Below, piece after piece: positions 28,943-39,862 of a stretch of DNA of 64,000 bases; position 1 is the first letter of the stretch; the number at the start of each line of letters is the position of its first letter. A model generated the notes under the pieces. It was given only the letters and a program-made list of their open reading frames with translations. It made no database searches and was not told the origin of the DNA. The DNA is from Dehalococcoidia bacterium (GTDB lineage Bacteria; Chloroflexota; Dehalococcoidia; Bin125). The DNA lies in contig CAXXNO010000005.1 in NCBI GenBank assembly GCA_963663235.2, positions 32,001 to 96,000 on the forward strand, given 5' to 3'. The position numbers were made by a program, and so were the translations under genes.

Positions 28943-29868
28943 TTACGCCTGAGCCAGCTCCCAGAACCGTTCCATCTGCGACACGATCTCCTCAACAGTA
29001 TCCACCCCGGTCGTCTGGCAAGGGTCGAACAGGAGATCCGCCGGCTCAATGGCGCGCATCGCCGCAACGTCGGCCGCGATCTGCTCCGCCGAGCCGCTGA
29101 ACATCGGGCGGTCGTCTCCCTGTGGCGCATCGCTGATGCGGCCGTTCGCCCGCACCACCAGCTCCAGCTCCGCCGGATCCCGACCAGCCTCCTCCGCCAT
29201 CGTCTTGATGGTCCCGAACATCTCCGTCATCACCTCCGGCGGGAAGAACACCGGGTTCCAGCCATTACAGAGCGTCGCAATGCGCGGGAACGCACGTCTC
29301 TCGAAAGCGCCCATGTAGATCGGCGGGTGGGGTTGCTGCACTGGCTTCGGGAAGATGTGGGATTTAGGCACGTGGTAGAACTCGCCATGGAACTCCACGG
29401 GATCGCTGGGCCAGATCGCCTTGAGGACCTGAAGGAACTCGTCGGCCCGCCGGCCCCGCTCGCGCATTAGGACGCCGAAGACGTCGCACTCGTCTTCCGA
29501 CCAGGCGATGCCGAAGGCGACGCGCAGCCGCCCCGCTGAGAGGACGTCCAACGTGGTCAGCCGCCGCGCCAGCATCACGGGGTTGTAGTACGGAATGTTG
29601 ATCGTGCTCGTACCCAGGGCGACGCGGCTCGTGTGGGCCGCGTCGAACGTCAAGGTCTCTAGCGGATCGAGCACGATCTTGTAATGGTCCGGCAGCATCC
29701 CGTTTGCCGAACCGGGGTACGGGGGGTCTTGGGTTCGAGCGGGTAGAGGAGGCGCTCCGTCACCCAGACCGACTCGTAGCCCAGCGCCTCCGCCCGTTGG
29801 GCCACTGCGATGAGCGCTTCCGGACTCGCGGCCGGGCCGATGTGCGGGAGTCCGAATCCAAGACGCAT
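28943..29868 (-). CDS. LLM-class F420-dependent oxidoreductase (TIGR03619-like); frameshift at G6 29721-29726
   Basis: MRLGFGLPHIG...AEALGYESVWVTERLLYP joined to PYPG...DPLETL, TLDVLSAGRL, PKPVQQPHPPI. Confidence 0.85.
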
Positions 29869-30043
29869 CACTTCCTCCGATCGTCCGAGCTACCGCTCCG
29901 TCGTTGTGTGCCCGTTCGCCGCGGCCCCGCTGATCGTCGGCCTCCCCCACGAAGACCAGTGGGCTGCATGAGTTGTGCCCCTGTCCCCTATGAAAGATGC
30001 ACCCCAGCCGGCCTGCTTCAGACGAGGCTCCAGAAAGACGCGC

Positions 30044-30511
30044 TCATTGCTCCGGCGGGAACGGTGTCTTGACCCAGCCATCCTCGTACGGGGTCATGAA
30101 GGCCGGGTTCACCTTGACGCGCGAAAACTTCCACACACCGTCCTCTTTACGATATCGGTCCTCGTACGTCGCGGCGACGAACATCGCCACGCCGGCAATC
30201 GTGGCCGTCTCCCATATGTACCAGGTGCCGCTCGCCTCGGTGCCCGACGGATCGAGATCGATGACGGGGCCACACATATAGTGCAGCGCAAAGGTGAATC
30301 GCTTCGACACGTCGGCGAAGAAGTCGTGGATCGCCTGCCGCCCCTCGAATCGCCCAAGCGGTCCCATCTCCCACACCGCGTCTTCAGTGAACAGCGGCGC
30401 GAGCGCCTCCGGATCGTAGTTATTGTCGCAATGCTGCGCGTAGACGATCTTGAGCTTGCGGATTGCCTCGATCTCTTCCAGTCGCTGGATCCGTTCGTCG
30501 AGCGTCGGCAT
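30044..30511 (-). CDS. SnoaL/NTF2-like protein (LinA/BaiE-type)
   Basis: RIQRLEEIEAIRKLK..YAQHCD, LFTEDAVW, H, YEDRYRKEDGVWKF; GAGGA RBS. Confidence 0.88.
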   Translation of the reverse strand: MPTLDERIQRLEEIEAIRKLKIVYAQHCDNNYDPEALAPLFTEDAVWEMGPLGRFEGRQAIHDFFADVSKRFTFALHYMCGPVIDLDPSGTEASGTWYIWETATIAGVAMFVAATYEDRYRKEDGVWKFSRVKVNPAFMTPYEDGWVKTPFPPEQ

Positions 30512-30705
30512 GGCTCAGTCCTCCTCTGTAACCGTTCGCGCTTTGCAGCCTACCGAGCGGAGCGCGATCCCACAACGAGCGGCGCTCGGTGTCGTCCTCG
30601 CCCAGCAGGCATCGACGAGCGCTGTGGTGTCCGCGCTGCTGCGGCGCGCCGTCTCTGGCATACTGTCGCCGCGCGGGCACTTCCGCCCCAGCTGAGGAGG
30701 ACGTG

Positions 30706-31814
30706 ATGGAACTGGGCTACTTCGCCATGCCGCTCCACCCGCCGGGGTCGGACTTCACCCAGACCATCCGCGAGGATATGGAGCAGATCGTCCTGCTCGA
30801 CAGCCTCGGCTACCGGGAGGCGTGGATCGGCGAGCACTTCACCAGCGCCTGGGAGAATATCCCCTCGCCGGAACTCTTCATCGCGGAAGCGCTGGCGCGG
30901 ACCGAGCACATCGTCTTGGGCACGGGCGTCACCTGCTTGCCCAACCACAACCCGTTTCACATCGCTCACCGCATCGCTCAGCTCGACCACCAGGCCCAAG
31001 GTCGCTTTCGCTGGGGGATCGGCTCTGGCGCGACGCCGCTCGACTTCGCCGTCTTCGGCGTCGACGACGAGGCAGGCGAGCATCGCCCGCTGACTCTTGA
31101 GACGCTCGACATGGTGCTGAGGATCTGGGAGGGGCTTCCGCCGGGGACCTACGAGAACAAGTTCTGGCGCTTCACCATACCCCCGCCAATGGAGGAGCTC
31201 GGGTTCTGGGTGCATTTAAAGCCCTATCAGCAGCCCCACCCGCCCATCGCCGTCGCTGGTCTCACGTCGCGCTCCGAGACCCTCATCCTCGCCGGGGAAC
31301 GTGGCTGGATCCCGATGAGCATTAACTATGTGCCGCCCTGGGTGCTGAAAACACACTGGGAGGCGGTAATCGAAGGTGCGAGCCGCAGCGGCCGGGCGCC
31401 GAGCCGCTCTTCCTGGAGAATTGCGCGGGAGGTCTTCGTCGCCGAGACCACGGAGGAGGCGCGCGAGGAGGCGCTGAATGGCACCATAGCCCGCGACTTC
31501 CTCGGCTACTTCAGGCCGATCCTGGAGAGATACGGCTTCCTCGAGATCGTGAAGCACGACGCGAACATGACCGACGACGACGTGACGGCGGCGTACATGG
31601 TCGACAACGCTACCTCGTTGGCAGTCCAGCGGATGTCGCGGGCCAGATCCGCACGCTCTACGACGAGGTCGGCGGCTTCGGCGTGCTCCTCGCGATGGCC
31701 CACGAGTGGCAGCCGCGCGACAAGTGGGAGCGGTCGATGCGGCTGCTCGTCGAGGAGGTCTTGCCGCGCCTCGCAGACCTGACGCCGGCCGAGCCGGCCG
31801 TCGCGTCGCCCTGA
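30706..31814 (+). CDS. LLM-class flavin monooxygenase (LimB-like); frameshift at about 31610
   Basis: MELGYFAMPLHPP, EAWIGEHF, KPYQQPHPPI; the shifted frame continues YLVGSPADVAGQI...GGFG...SMRLLVEEVLP to TGA 31814. Confidence 0.85.
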
Positions 31815-31963
31815 GGGCTGATCACGATGAGTGCTGGGAGGCCGCCGCCGGACGGGTCCCGGCTACGCGCTTGACGGGCGCACGCTCGCCGACAATCCTG
31901 GCGCTCTGCAACGCTCGCGCCGCGCCCCGCAACGGCCGGCGCTCAACTCGCAAAGGAGTCCCG

Positions 31964-32383
31964 GTGCCACAGATTTATGATGAGATGCCCCTTGGTCACG
32001 TCGATCCCGCCGAGCTGGCTGGCGACGCACACAAGTTCGTGTGCCGGTTTGGCACCGGCTACTTGAAGCCGATGATCAACTCCGATGATTGCTGGTCGTG
32101 CTACGAGGAGTTCCGCAAGGAGGACGGCCCCTTCGAGTGGCCCGCCTGGTACCCCGAGATGCATTACGTGGTGCGTGGCAGCGCACAGGTCGAATATTCA
32201 CTGCCGCCACTACACCCGGAGGTGAAGACCATCGAGGTCAAGCCTGGCGACGTCTATCTGATGCCACGCGGATCGTATTTCCGCTGGACGGTGACCAGCG
32301 ACGAGCCCTTCGGCCACGTGGTCACCGCAAGTCCGAGCCCCTTCACGGAGGGCGAGGTCTACCGGATGCGGTACAACCCGTAA
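31964..32383 (+). CDS. Cupin-domain protein (EutQ/cupin_3-like)
   Basis: AAGGAG RBS; EMHYVVRGS...VKPGDVYLMPRG...W. Confidence 0.75.
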   Translation: MPQIYDEMPLGHVDPAELAGDAHKFVCRFGTGYLKPMINSDDCWSCYEEFRKEDGPFEWPAWYPEMHYVVRGSAQVEYSLPPLHPEVKTIEVKPGDVYLMPRGSYFRWTVTSDEPFGHVVTASPSPFTEGEVYRMRYNP

Positions 32384-32426
32384 GCCGGGCCAGCCGCGGA
32401 TCGTCACGGCGAGAGCGGGGACGCCT

Positions 32427-33510
32427 ATGCACGAGCCGATGATGCCAACAAGTGACGCGGGCAAGCGCTATGTGGCGCTGGCTGAGGAACACGCGAAGGA
32501 CTTCGCGACGCGCGCGGCGGAGCACGACCGCCAAGGTAGCTTCCCCTTCGAAAACTTCCGGGCGATGCAGCAGAGCGGCGTCATGGCCGCCATGGTGCCG
32601 GAACAATTCGGCGGCCTCGGGGTGGAGTCCGTCCACGATATGGTCGTGGGCGTCTCGCGCCTCGGCCGCGGCGACGGCTCGACCGCCCTCGCCGCCAACA
32701 TGCACATCGTCGCCGGCCGCCTCATCTCGGATGCCTGGAAGGCGGCCAATGCCGCGCAAGATCTCCGCGCCGCATCTGCATGCGAGGGATTGCTGCAGCA
32801 GATCAGCGCGGGCGAAGTGATCGTCACTTTGCTGGGCACCGAGTCGGGCACCGACCAGCTGCATCCGCAGGTCACCGCTACCCCGACGCAGGGGGCTACC
32901 GCGGACGCAAGCTGTTTGGGCTCTCACCGATCGCCAACCTCTTCTGGACCGTCGTGGCCTCGAGACTCGCGGCCCGAGAGACCCCATTCTCGCTGGGACG
33001 CTGGGGATGCGCGCCTCCGGCAGCCGATATCGTCTTCGACGACTGCTTCCTGTCCGAGGAGCAGTTGCAACCTGCGGGTTCCCTACGAGTGGAGCCCCCC
33101 TTGGTTCAACACCATCCTGGGCAATTTGGGGTTGGTCGGAGCCTTCTTCGGGATGGCACGACGAGGCGAACCATCGCGGACTGGCACCAGCTCAACACTG
33201 GGTCGCGGAGATGGAGATCAACCTGATCGCGGCCCGGACCATGCTGGACCACTGCGCCTGCAAGGTGGATGAGTTCTACGAGGTCCACCCGTTCCAGGTG
33301 ACGAAGAACTTCGTCTGTGACCGCGCCGTGGCCATCGTCGACAGGGCGATGACGGCCTCGGGCGGCTCCGGCTACCTGAGCGGGAGCCCACTCTCACGCT
33401 GGTACCGTGACGTGCGGGCCGGGCCAATTATGCAGACCTACTCGCTCAATGAGCAGCACGAATACATCGCCAAGGTCACGCTCGGGTTGCCGATGGAGAT
33501 GACCGACTAG
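32427..33510 (+). pseudogene. Acyl-CoA dehydrogenase family gene with multiple deletions and frameshifts
   Basis: RAAEHDRQGSFP, VPEQFGGLG, STALAANMH, TESG; fragments GRKLFG, GMRASGS, DIVFDDC lie in different frames; ends SGGSGY...LSRWYRDVRAG. Confidence 0.85.
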
Positions 33511-33570
33511 GTCCACGGGAGTGCCCGCACGTTCAGGCCGGCGGCGCGGCTCGCGGTCGTCGACGGCCGC

Positions 33571-33957
33571 TTACTCCCAGGCGGACGAACCCGACAGCGT
33601 GGACGCCATTCCGACGATGAACCCCAGGCCCCCACCCAGCGCGATCCAGATCCCGAGCACCGGCATGTCACTGGCGAAGGCGCCACCGCCCACTCCGATC
33701 GCGGCCGCCGGGATGGCCCACAGCCCGATCGACGTCAAGCGTTGGCTGCCCCCGCGCATCTTCGCCACGGCCGCAGTCTCCCTAAGCGTCTCGATACTCT
33801 CGCCGTCTCTGCCTGCATGACGTCCGGCGTGACCGCCTAGTTCCTGGTAGCGGCCCGCAATTCGACCTCCCCCCACGCTGGCCGCCGCCGAGCCAGGTGT
33901 TCGCTTCCTTGGGGGCCTGCATGGAACGTCCACCCCAATGCCCGAAGGACGGCCCAT
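33571..33957 (-). CDS. Small putative membrane protein (start uncertain)
   Basis: Two hydrophobic segments at the C-terminus; N-terminal part unconvincing. Confidence 0.35.
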   Translation of the reverse strand: MGRPSGIGVDVPCRPPRKRTPGSAAASVGGGRIAGRYQELGGHAGRHAGRDGESIETLRETAAVAKMRGGSQRLTSIGLWAIPAAAIGVGGGAFASDMPVLGIWIALGGGLGFIVGMASTLSGSSAWE

Positions 33958-34150
33958 GACCAGAAAGCGGGCGTCGCGCTGCTTGGCAGCCGCTCGCGTC
34001 CGCTGCCCGAACGACGCCGTTCAACCTGCTGGGAGAGCGCGGGCGGCAGGTGCCGCCCGGCGCCGCGGCTCGCAGGCTTGCATCAGCCACTCTCCGTCGC
34101 CTGGTTGGCATGGCCGCGTGACACTGGCGAGAGAATCAAGGCCGCAGACC

Positions 34151-34159
34151 TGCTACGCT
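34151..34159 (+). promoter_or_regulatory. Extended -10 promoter candidate for the RRM gene
   Basis: TG-c-TACGCT about 155 nt upstream of the start codon. Confidence 0.4.
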
Positions 34160-34312
34160 GAACGCACGCCCGCTGATGGGCGAGACCCCAGCCTCCTCCG
34201 CGGTCGTCCTTCCCTCCCGCACGCGCCGCAGCGGACTCTGCGGTTGCAACACCCGGCTGCGTGACCCGCAGCCATAGCGACCGGGATGACCCGGCAGGAA
34301 AGTTCGAAGTTC

Positions 34313-34582
34313 GTGCAAAAGATCTATGTTGGAAATCTCCCTTTCTCCTCCACGGAGGAGGATGTTCGTGCACTGTTCGCGGCGCACGGCGAAGTGCTGT
34401 CGTGCGTGCTCCCCACAGACCGGGACACTGGACGGCCGCGGGGCTTCGGCTTCGTGGAAATGCAAGCGGCGGACGCCGCCCAAGCGATCCAGGCTCTGAA
34501 CGGCCACGAATTGGGCGGGCGGGCGCTCAAAGTCAACGAGGCTCGGCCGCGCGAGGAACGCGACAACCGCGGGCGCTGGTAA
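34313..34582 (+). CDS. RRM RNA-binding protein
   Basis: RNP2 IYVGNL, DRDTGRPRGFGFVEM (RNP1), GRALKVNEARPR. Confidence 0.95.
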   Translation: MQKIYVGNLPFSSTEEDVRALFAAHGEVLSCVLPTDRDTGRPRGFGFVEMQAADAAQAIQALNGHELGGRALKVNEARPREERDNRGRW

Positions 34583-34890
34583 GCCGCACTCGGCGCGGCC
34601 GCGGGCTAGGAGCCCACGCCGCGCGATGAACGGTGCCGGCCGGCCTGGCGGGAGTTCAGAGCAGGCCGTGCGGCGCCGATTCGGCCACCACCCAATGCGT
34701 GCGGCATCGGCGGCGCGCCCGTAGCGGCTACTGTCCTCGCACTCCTCGACCACCTGGGTACCGATACCGAACGCTTGCCCTGGGATGCCTCCCGGGGGCG
34801 TACATCCGCGGTCCCGCGGCTGGAGATGCGATTTTGACCGGCCCGGCCTCGGGTTCCGGCGATGGCGAACATGCGGCCGCAGGCTCAGCG

Positions 34891-35721
34891 CTAGAGCGAC
34901 TGTGGTCTGTGGATGCCGGCGCGGGCCTTGACGTCACGCTTGCGCGCGCGCTCGAGGAGTAAGAGTCCGGGTATTACGATGATCAGCCCCCCCACAAGCC
35001 CGCCCAGCGCGTCGGACGGCCAGTGCACCCCGCCGGTGACCGCCACCCACGGATTGAGCAGCACGACACCCAGCGCCCACACGGCCGGCACACCTCGCAG
35101 CCAAACCGGCGCCGCAATGCGGACGGACAGGTACAGGACCAGGCCGCCGGCCAGCACGTCGCTCATGGCATGGCCGCTGGGATAGCTCTCGTCGCCGAAC
35201 CCAGTCCGCTGCTCCAGAAAGAAAACAGACGTCCGCGGCCGGTCCACCACGTCCTTCAGGACGACCTGGAGCACGAATCCCAGCAGAAAGCTCGCCGCCG
35301 CCACAGCCATCCAAGGCTGCCGCCGAACGCCGAGAACTGCAACCACCAGCAGGATCGCCACGAATCCGGCGAGGGGCGATCCGAACTCCCGCACAACGTC
35401 GATCACTTCCTGTCCCGCGACATCCTTCTCTTGGATCCAGCGGCCCACGGCGATATCGGCGGGAAAGTGATCGGCCGTCGACGCCCAGATCGCCATCGCG
35501 ACGCCGCCCAGCAGCAGCCCCACCCAAAACATCCAGATCCAACGGCGGTCTCGGGGTAGCCAGCGCGCGACGATTCGGTTTCGCGCCGGAGTTGGAGGCG
35601 CCGAAGTTGACGAGTCGCGCATGCGTGGGGGTGGCACTCCCGTACCTTGGCTGGCTGCGACGGTTGGAATGGCTCGTTGCGCTGTCGATGGAGCGAGCGA
35701 TTCCGAACTGCTGCGGCTCAC
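34891..35721 (-). CDS. PAP2-family membrane phosphatase (start uncertain)
   Basis: K..V.RPR, SYPSGH, GVHWPSD; transmembrane helices. Confidence 0.88.
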   Translation of the reverse strand: MSRSSSESLAPSTAQRAIPTVAASQGTGVPPPRMRDSSTSAPPTPARNRIVARWLPRDRRWIWMFWVGLLLGGVAMAIWASTADHFPADIAVGRWIQEKDVAGQEVIDVVREFGSPLAGFVAILLVVAVLGVRRQPWMAVAAASFLLGFVLQVVLKDVVDRPRTSVFFLEQRTGFGDESYPSGHAMSDVLAGGLVLYLSVRIAAPVWLRGVPAVWALGVVLLNPWVAVTGGVHWPSDALGGLVGGLIIVIPGLLLLERARKRDVKARAGIHRPQSL

Positions 35722-35917
35722 CGCCAGGATAGCCGAGCGCAGGCACTTTCCCGTGACGCCCTACCACGCCCTTCAACTCGTGCGCCGCCAAACGCACTAG
35801 CCGTCCCCCGTTGGCAGATGGCTGCCGGTCGCGCCGGCTAACTAGACTGGACCTCGGACAGGATGGCCCTCCTCGCCCAACCCGGCGCTGTCACTGCTCG
35901 CAGGTTTGGAGATCCAC

Positions 35918-36412
35918 GTGGCGACACTTGAAGAGCGCTTGCAACGTCTGGAAGAGATCGACGCGATTCGTCGGCTCAAGCAGGTGTACGCCCGAACGTT
36001 GGACCGCTTCGCGCCCGGCGATGAGTTCGCCGCGCTCTTCACGGATGACAGGGTGCTCGACCTCGGTCCGATGGGACTGTTCGAGGGCCGCCCGGCCATC
36101 GCCGAGTTTTTCAATGGCGCACGGGAGACCTTCAGCTTTTTCCTCCATTACACCGACGGCGACATCATCGACGTCCTGCCCTCCGGCACGGAGGCCACCG
36201 GCACCTGGTACATGTGGGAGCCGGCGACCCGCAAGGGGCAGGCCGTCTTGATCGCGATCACGTACGACGAGAAATATCGAAAGGTCGAGGAGCGCTGGCT
36301 GTTCGCGTACTCGCGATCCACCTACCATTTCGTCACACCCTACGAGTCCGGGTGGGTCCGACAACCGTTTCCGGCCGACATGGATGCTGCACATGGTGAC
36401 CGCGAACGGTAG
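35918..36412 (+). CDS. SnoaL/NTF2-like protein
   Basis: RLQRLEEIDAIRRLK..YA..LD, LFTDD, YDEKYRKVEERWLF. Confidence 0.88.
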   Translation: MATLEERLQRLEEIDAIRRLKQVYARTLDRFAPGDEFAALFTDDRVLDLGPMGLFEGRPAIAEFFNGARETFSFFLHYTDGDIIDVLPSGTEATGTWYMWEPATRKGQAVLIAITYDEKYRKVEERWLFAYSRSTYHFVTPYESGWVRQPFPADMDAAHGDRER

Positions 36413-36427
36413 ACGGAGAGCGCGACC

Positions 36428-36889
36428 ATGGAGTCCATCGAGACACGGCTGGCGCGGTTGGAAGAGATCGAGGCGATCAGGTCGCTCAAGATTCGCTACG
36501 CGCAAGCCTGCGACGCAGACTACGAGCCCGATGCGCTCGCCGCGATGTTCACCGAGGATGGTGAGTTTGACGTCGGCATCTTCGGCGTCCACCGTGGCCG
36601 ACGCGCGATCCGCGACTACTTCGCCGGGGCCTCGGCCCGGATCACGTTCGCTCTACACATGATGATCGGTCCGACGATTGACATCGCGCCATCCGGTGTC
36701 CGGGCGACAGGCCACTGGTACGTGTGGCAACCGATGACGCTGGACGGTCGCGCCTATCTCTCGGCCGTGACCTACGACGACGAATACCGCAAGATCGACG
36801 GGCGCTGGCTGTTCCACCGGGTCAAGGTCCACCGTCACTTCACCACCCCCTACGATCAGGGCTGGGTCCGCCAACGCCTGCCTGAGTAG
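36428..36889 (+). CDS. SnoaL/NTF2-like protein
   Basis: RLARLEEIEAIRSLK..YAQACD, MFTEDG, YDDEYRKIDGRWLF. Confidence 0.88.
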   Translation: MESIETRLARLEEIEAIRSLKIRYAQACDADYEPDALAAMFTEDGEFDVGIFGVHRGRRAIRDYFAGASARITFALHMMIGPTIDIAPSGVRATGHWYVWQPMTLDGRAYLSAVTYDDEYRKIDGRWLFHRVKVHRHFTTPYDQGWVRQRLPE

Positions 36890-36945
36890 CAGCCAACCCC
36901 CCGCCGACCGCTGACAGAGGAGCCGCAACGGCGGGGCGCGGCGAC

Positions 36946-37953
36946 CTAGACGAAGCGCGGCAGCACCCGCTCCGTGAACAGCGTGAAGGAGCTGTGGCTC
37001 AGCGGCGCGCACATCAGATAATCCAGGAACATCTCGTCACCGAGCCGCTCGATCTCATCGACGACCTCATCCGGCGTGCCGTAGATGATGACGTGATCGA
37101 CGTAGCGCTGCACGGGGTCCACGCGCGCTCCGTCGTCGGTGGCCGTGGACGGCGCAGGAAAGGCCCACGTCCCGGAGCTCGGGTTGGCGTACGCGCCCAC
37201 CAGCCATTGAGCGCCCTGTGTCGCGATCTCCTTCGCCTCATCGTGTGTCTGGCCGACGGCAAGGAGCCGCGCCATCGGAATCGTTCGCCCGGCCATCGTC
37301 CGCCCGCTGGCCTCCAAGGCGCAGCGGTACAACTCGCGCTTCTCGGCGATCTCCTCGTGTGACGCATGCGGGTCCATCATGATGGTGTATCCCTGCTGCG
37401 CCGACCATTCGATCGCGTCGGGCGATGTGGCTGCCAGCCAGATCGGAGGGTGGGGCTGCTGCACCGGCTTGGGCAGCACCTCCACGTCGTCGAAGTCCCA
37501 GTACTCGCCGTGATAGGTCACCCGCTCCTGGCGCCACGCCTGCTGCACCACGTCGACCGCTTCACGGAAGCGCGGGTAGCTGTCTTCCCGTGTCACGCCG
37601 AACGCCCCGAACTCCGTGGGGTCGAAACCGCGTCCCGCGCCCCAGTTCACGCGCCCGCCCGAGAGCACGTCCAGCAGCGCCACCTCCTCGGCCAGGCGCA
37701 GCGGGTGATAGAAAGCCGCCAACGACACCGCGGTGCCGATGCGCAGGTTGCGCGTTCGCGCCGCGACCTCCACGCCCATCATGTGGACGGAAGGGCAGAC
37801 GCTAAACGAGTTGAAGTGATGCTCAGCCAGCCAGACGGCGTCATAGCCCGTCTCGTCCATGATCTCGATACGCCGTAGCGCGCGCTGATAGACCGTGCTC
37901 AGGGGGACGCGCCGCTCCGGCCAGCTGAAGAACTGGAGCCCCCCGAACTTCAT
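36946..37953 (-). CDS. LLM-class flavin-dependent oxidoreductase
   Basis: MKFG, VWLAEHHF, HPLRLAEE.A.LD.LSGGR, PKPVQQPHPPIW. Confidence 0.92.
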   Translation of the reverse strand: MKFGGLQFFSWPERRVPLSTVYQRALRRIEIMDETGYDAVWLAEHHFNSFSVCPSVHMMGVEVAARTRNLRIGTAVSLAAFYHPLRLAEEVALLDVLSGGRVNWGAGRGFDPTEFGAFGVTREDSYPRFREAVDVVQQAWRQERVTYHGEYWDFDDVEVLPKPVQQPHPPIWLAATSPDAIEWSAQQGYTIMMDPHASHEEIAEKRELYRCALEASGRTMAGRTIPMARLLAVGQTHDEAKEIATQGAQWLVGAYANPSSGTWAFPAPSTATDDGARVDPVQRYVDHVIIYGTPDEVVDEIERLGDEMFLDYLMCAPLSHSSFTLFTERVLPRFV

Positions 37954-38266
37954 GCCGCCCGTCCTTCCGTCGTCGATCGTTGCAGCGGCCACCGCGGGCC
38001 CACCCCTGTCGCGAGCCACAGGATAGCGCCCATCGGTCCGGGTAGCCTGAGCGCCGCCGTTCCCGCCGCTGCTCTCCGCGTGTATCACACCGGTGCGGCC
38101 GGCTGACTCCCAAACGTCCCGCGATGGCGCCCCGAACAAGCGCCGTCCCCAACTCGCCCGGCGCCGCTGGGAGCAATGGGTCATCTATCCCATTGCGGAT
38201 GGGCCACCTGCACCTCCGCGCTGACCCGGCGACGGCCGACCATGACATAGGGAATGGAGGTTGGCG

Positions 38267-38737
38267 ATGCCTGATCTACACGATGAGAATCCCGCCGCAC
38301 CGGGCTCCGTAAGTGAAGCGGGGCGGGCGTGCGCGCAATGCGGAGCCGATGTTCCGCGGGAGGCGGGCTTCTGCGCAGCCTGCGGCGCGGCCCGCTCCGG
38401 GGCGATGGCGCAGCGCCCAGACCACCCCTTCGGAACGGTCAGTCCCTTCGGGGCCCTCGGCGTCGCCGGGGCGCTCGCCCTCATCGGCTCCGCGCTCATC
38501 GCAAGCGCGGTGGCGGTCTGGGATGGAGTGATCACGGGGGCCGGCGGCGCGGCCCCGGTCCTGGCCGCGATCGTGCTCACGCTGTTCGCGGTCGGCGCAA
38601 TCGTCGCGGAGATCACGTTCGCCCGTCACCTGCGGGCGTCTGGCGCCCGCGAGTGGTACCGGAACACGCGGGCGCTGATCGGCGCGATTTGGATCATGAC
38701 GTTCCTGGCCACGTTGGTCGCGCTCATCGAGAACTAG
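38267..38737 (+). CDS. Zinc-ribbon membrane protein
   Basis: CAQCG...FCAACG followed by three hydrophobic helices; GGAGG RBS. Confidence 0.7.
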   Translation: MPDLHDENPAAPGSVSEAGRACAQCGADVPREAGFCAACGAARSGAMAQRPDHPFGTVSPFGALGVAGALALIGSALIASAVAVWDGVITGAGGAAPVLAAIVLTLFAVGAIVAEITFARHLRASGAREWYRNTRALIGAIWIMTFLATLVALIEN

Positions 38738-38959
38738 GCCCAAGACGCCATCCGCGCCACGCTCGACGGTGCTCCTGCCACAAGTCCTGCGACCCTGGCT
38801 GCGGACGATTCGCGACTGCGCATCGTGCGGGTCAACCGGCGGCCGCCGATCCGTGCACGTTCCACCTCACAGCGTCGGTGCGCAGCGCCGAAACCGCATG
38901 GCGTGCCTTCGGGCCCTTAGAATGCGCCAAGCGAAACCGTCTGTGATCGGGGGACGTGT

Positions 38960-39811
38960 ATGGCTCATCTGTTCAAGACGACAGTCGCTGGCGCCGAGCT
39001 CATCGCCTTGCGCGACAGCTGGTTCGCGGTGCCGCCCACGGAGTTCTACCCCGCCACGACGGACGCCGATTGGGAACCGTACCGCGAGGTTCTGGACGGG
39101 GACGGGAACCTGCGCTTCCCCATCGGCTGCTGCCTGATCCGCAGCGCTGGCAAGACCGTGCTCGTCGACACCGGCTTGGGCGGGCGCGAGAAACAGCAGA
39201 AGAATCTCCCCATCCGGGAGCCCACCCGGCTGCCGGCCGTGATGGAGGAGGCCGGCGTCCGGCCCGAGGAGATCGATATCGTCCTCTTCTCGCACCTGCA
39301 TCTGGATCACACGGGCTGGAACACGATTGATCGAGACGGGGTGCGCGTGCCGCTCTTTGCCAACGCGCGCCATGTGGTCCAGCGAACGGAATGGGCGTAT
39401 TGGACGGCGGCCGACGAGCGCAAGCGCTTTGCGCTCTTCAATATGGTGTGGGTGCCGGTCGTGGAAGCGGGCTTGCTGGACCTTGTTGAGGGCGAACACG
39501 CCCCGACGCCGACCATCGTGACGCTTCCCACGCCGGGACATACTCCGGGTCACGTCTCGTTCGTGGTGGGTGCGGGCGCCGATCGTGTCTATGTCCTCGG
39601 CGACGCTGCACACCATCCGGTCCAGCTGACGGAAACCGATTGGAACTGCACCGGGGACGTCGATCCCGACACCGCCGCCCGCACACGCCGGATGCTTCTC
39701 GACCGCATCGAGAGCGAAGGCGCGCTGATGGTCGGCGGACACTTTCCCTTCCCCGGTCTCGGGTACGCTGCACGCGAGGGCACGAAGCGCGTCTTCCGGC
39801 CGGTCGCCTGA
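38960..39811 (+). CDS. MBL-fold metallo-hydrolase
   Basis: LVDTG, SHLHLDHTGW, GHTPGH, GDAAH, GHFP. Confidence 0.92.
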   Translation: MAHLFKTTVAGAELIALRDSWFAVPPTEFYPATTDADWEPYREVLDGDGNLRFPIGCCLIRSAGKTVLVDTGLGGREKQQKNLPIREPTRLPAVMEEAGVRPEEIDIVLFSHLHLDHTGWNTIDRDGVRVPLFANARHVVQRTEWAYWTAADERKRFALFNMVWVPVVEAGLLDLVEGEHAPTPTIVTLPTPGHTPGHVSFVVGAGADRVYVLGDAAHHPVQLTETDWNCTGDVDPDTAARTRRMLLDRIESEGALMVGGHFPFPGLGYAAREGTKRVFRPVA

Positions 39812-39862
39812 CAGACTCGGCCGCGGGCCTACCGAGCCCGGCGCGTACGAGGATGCGAGACG

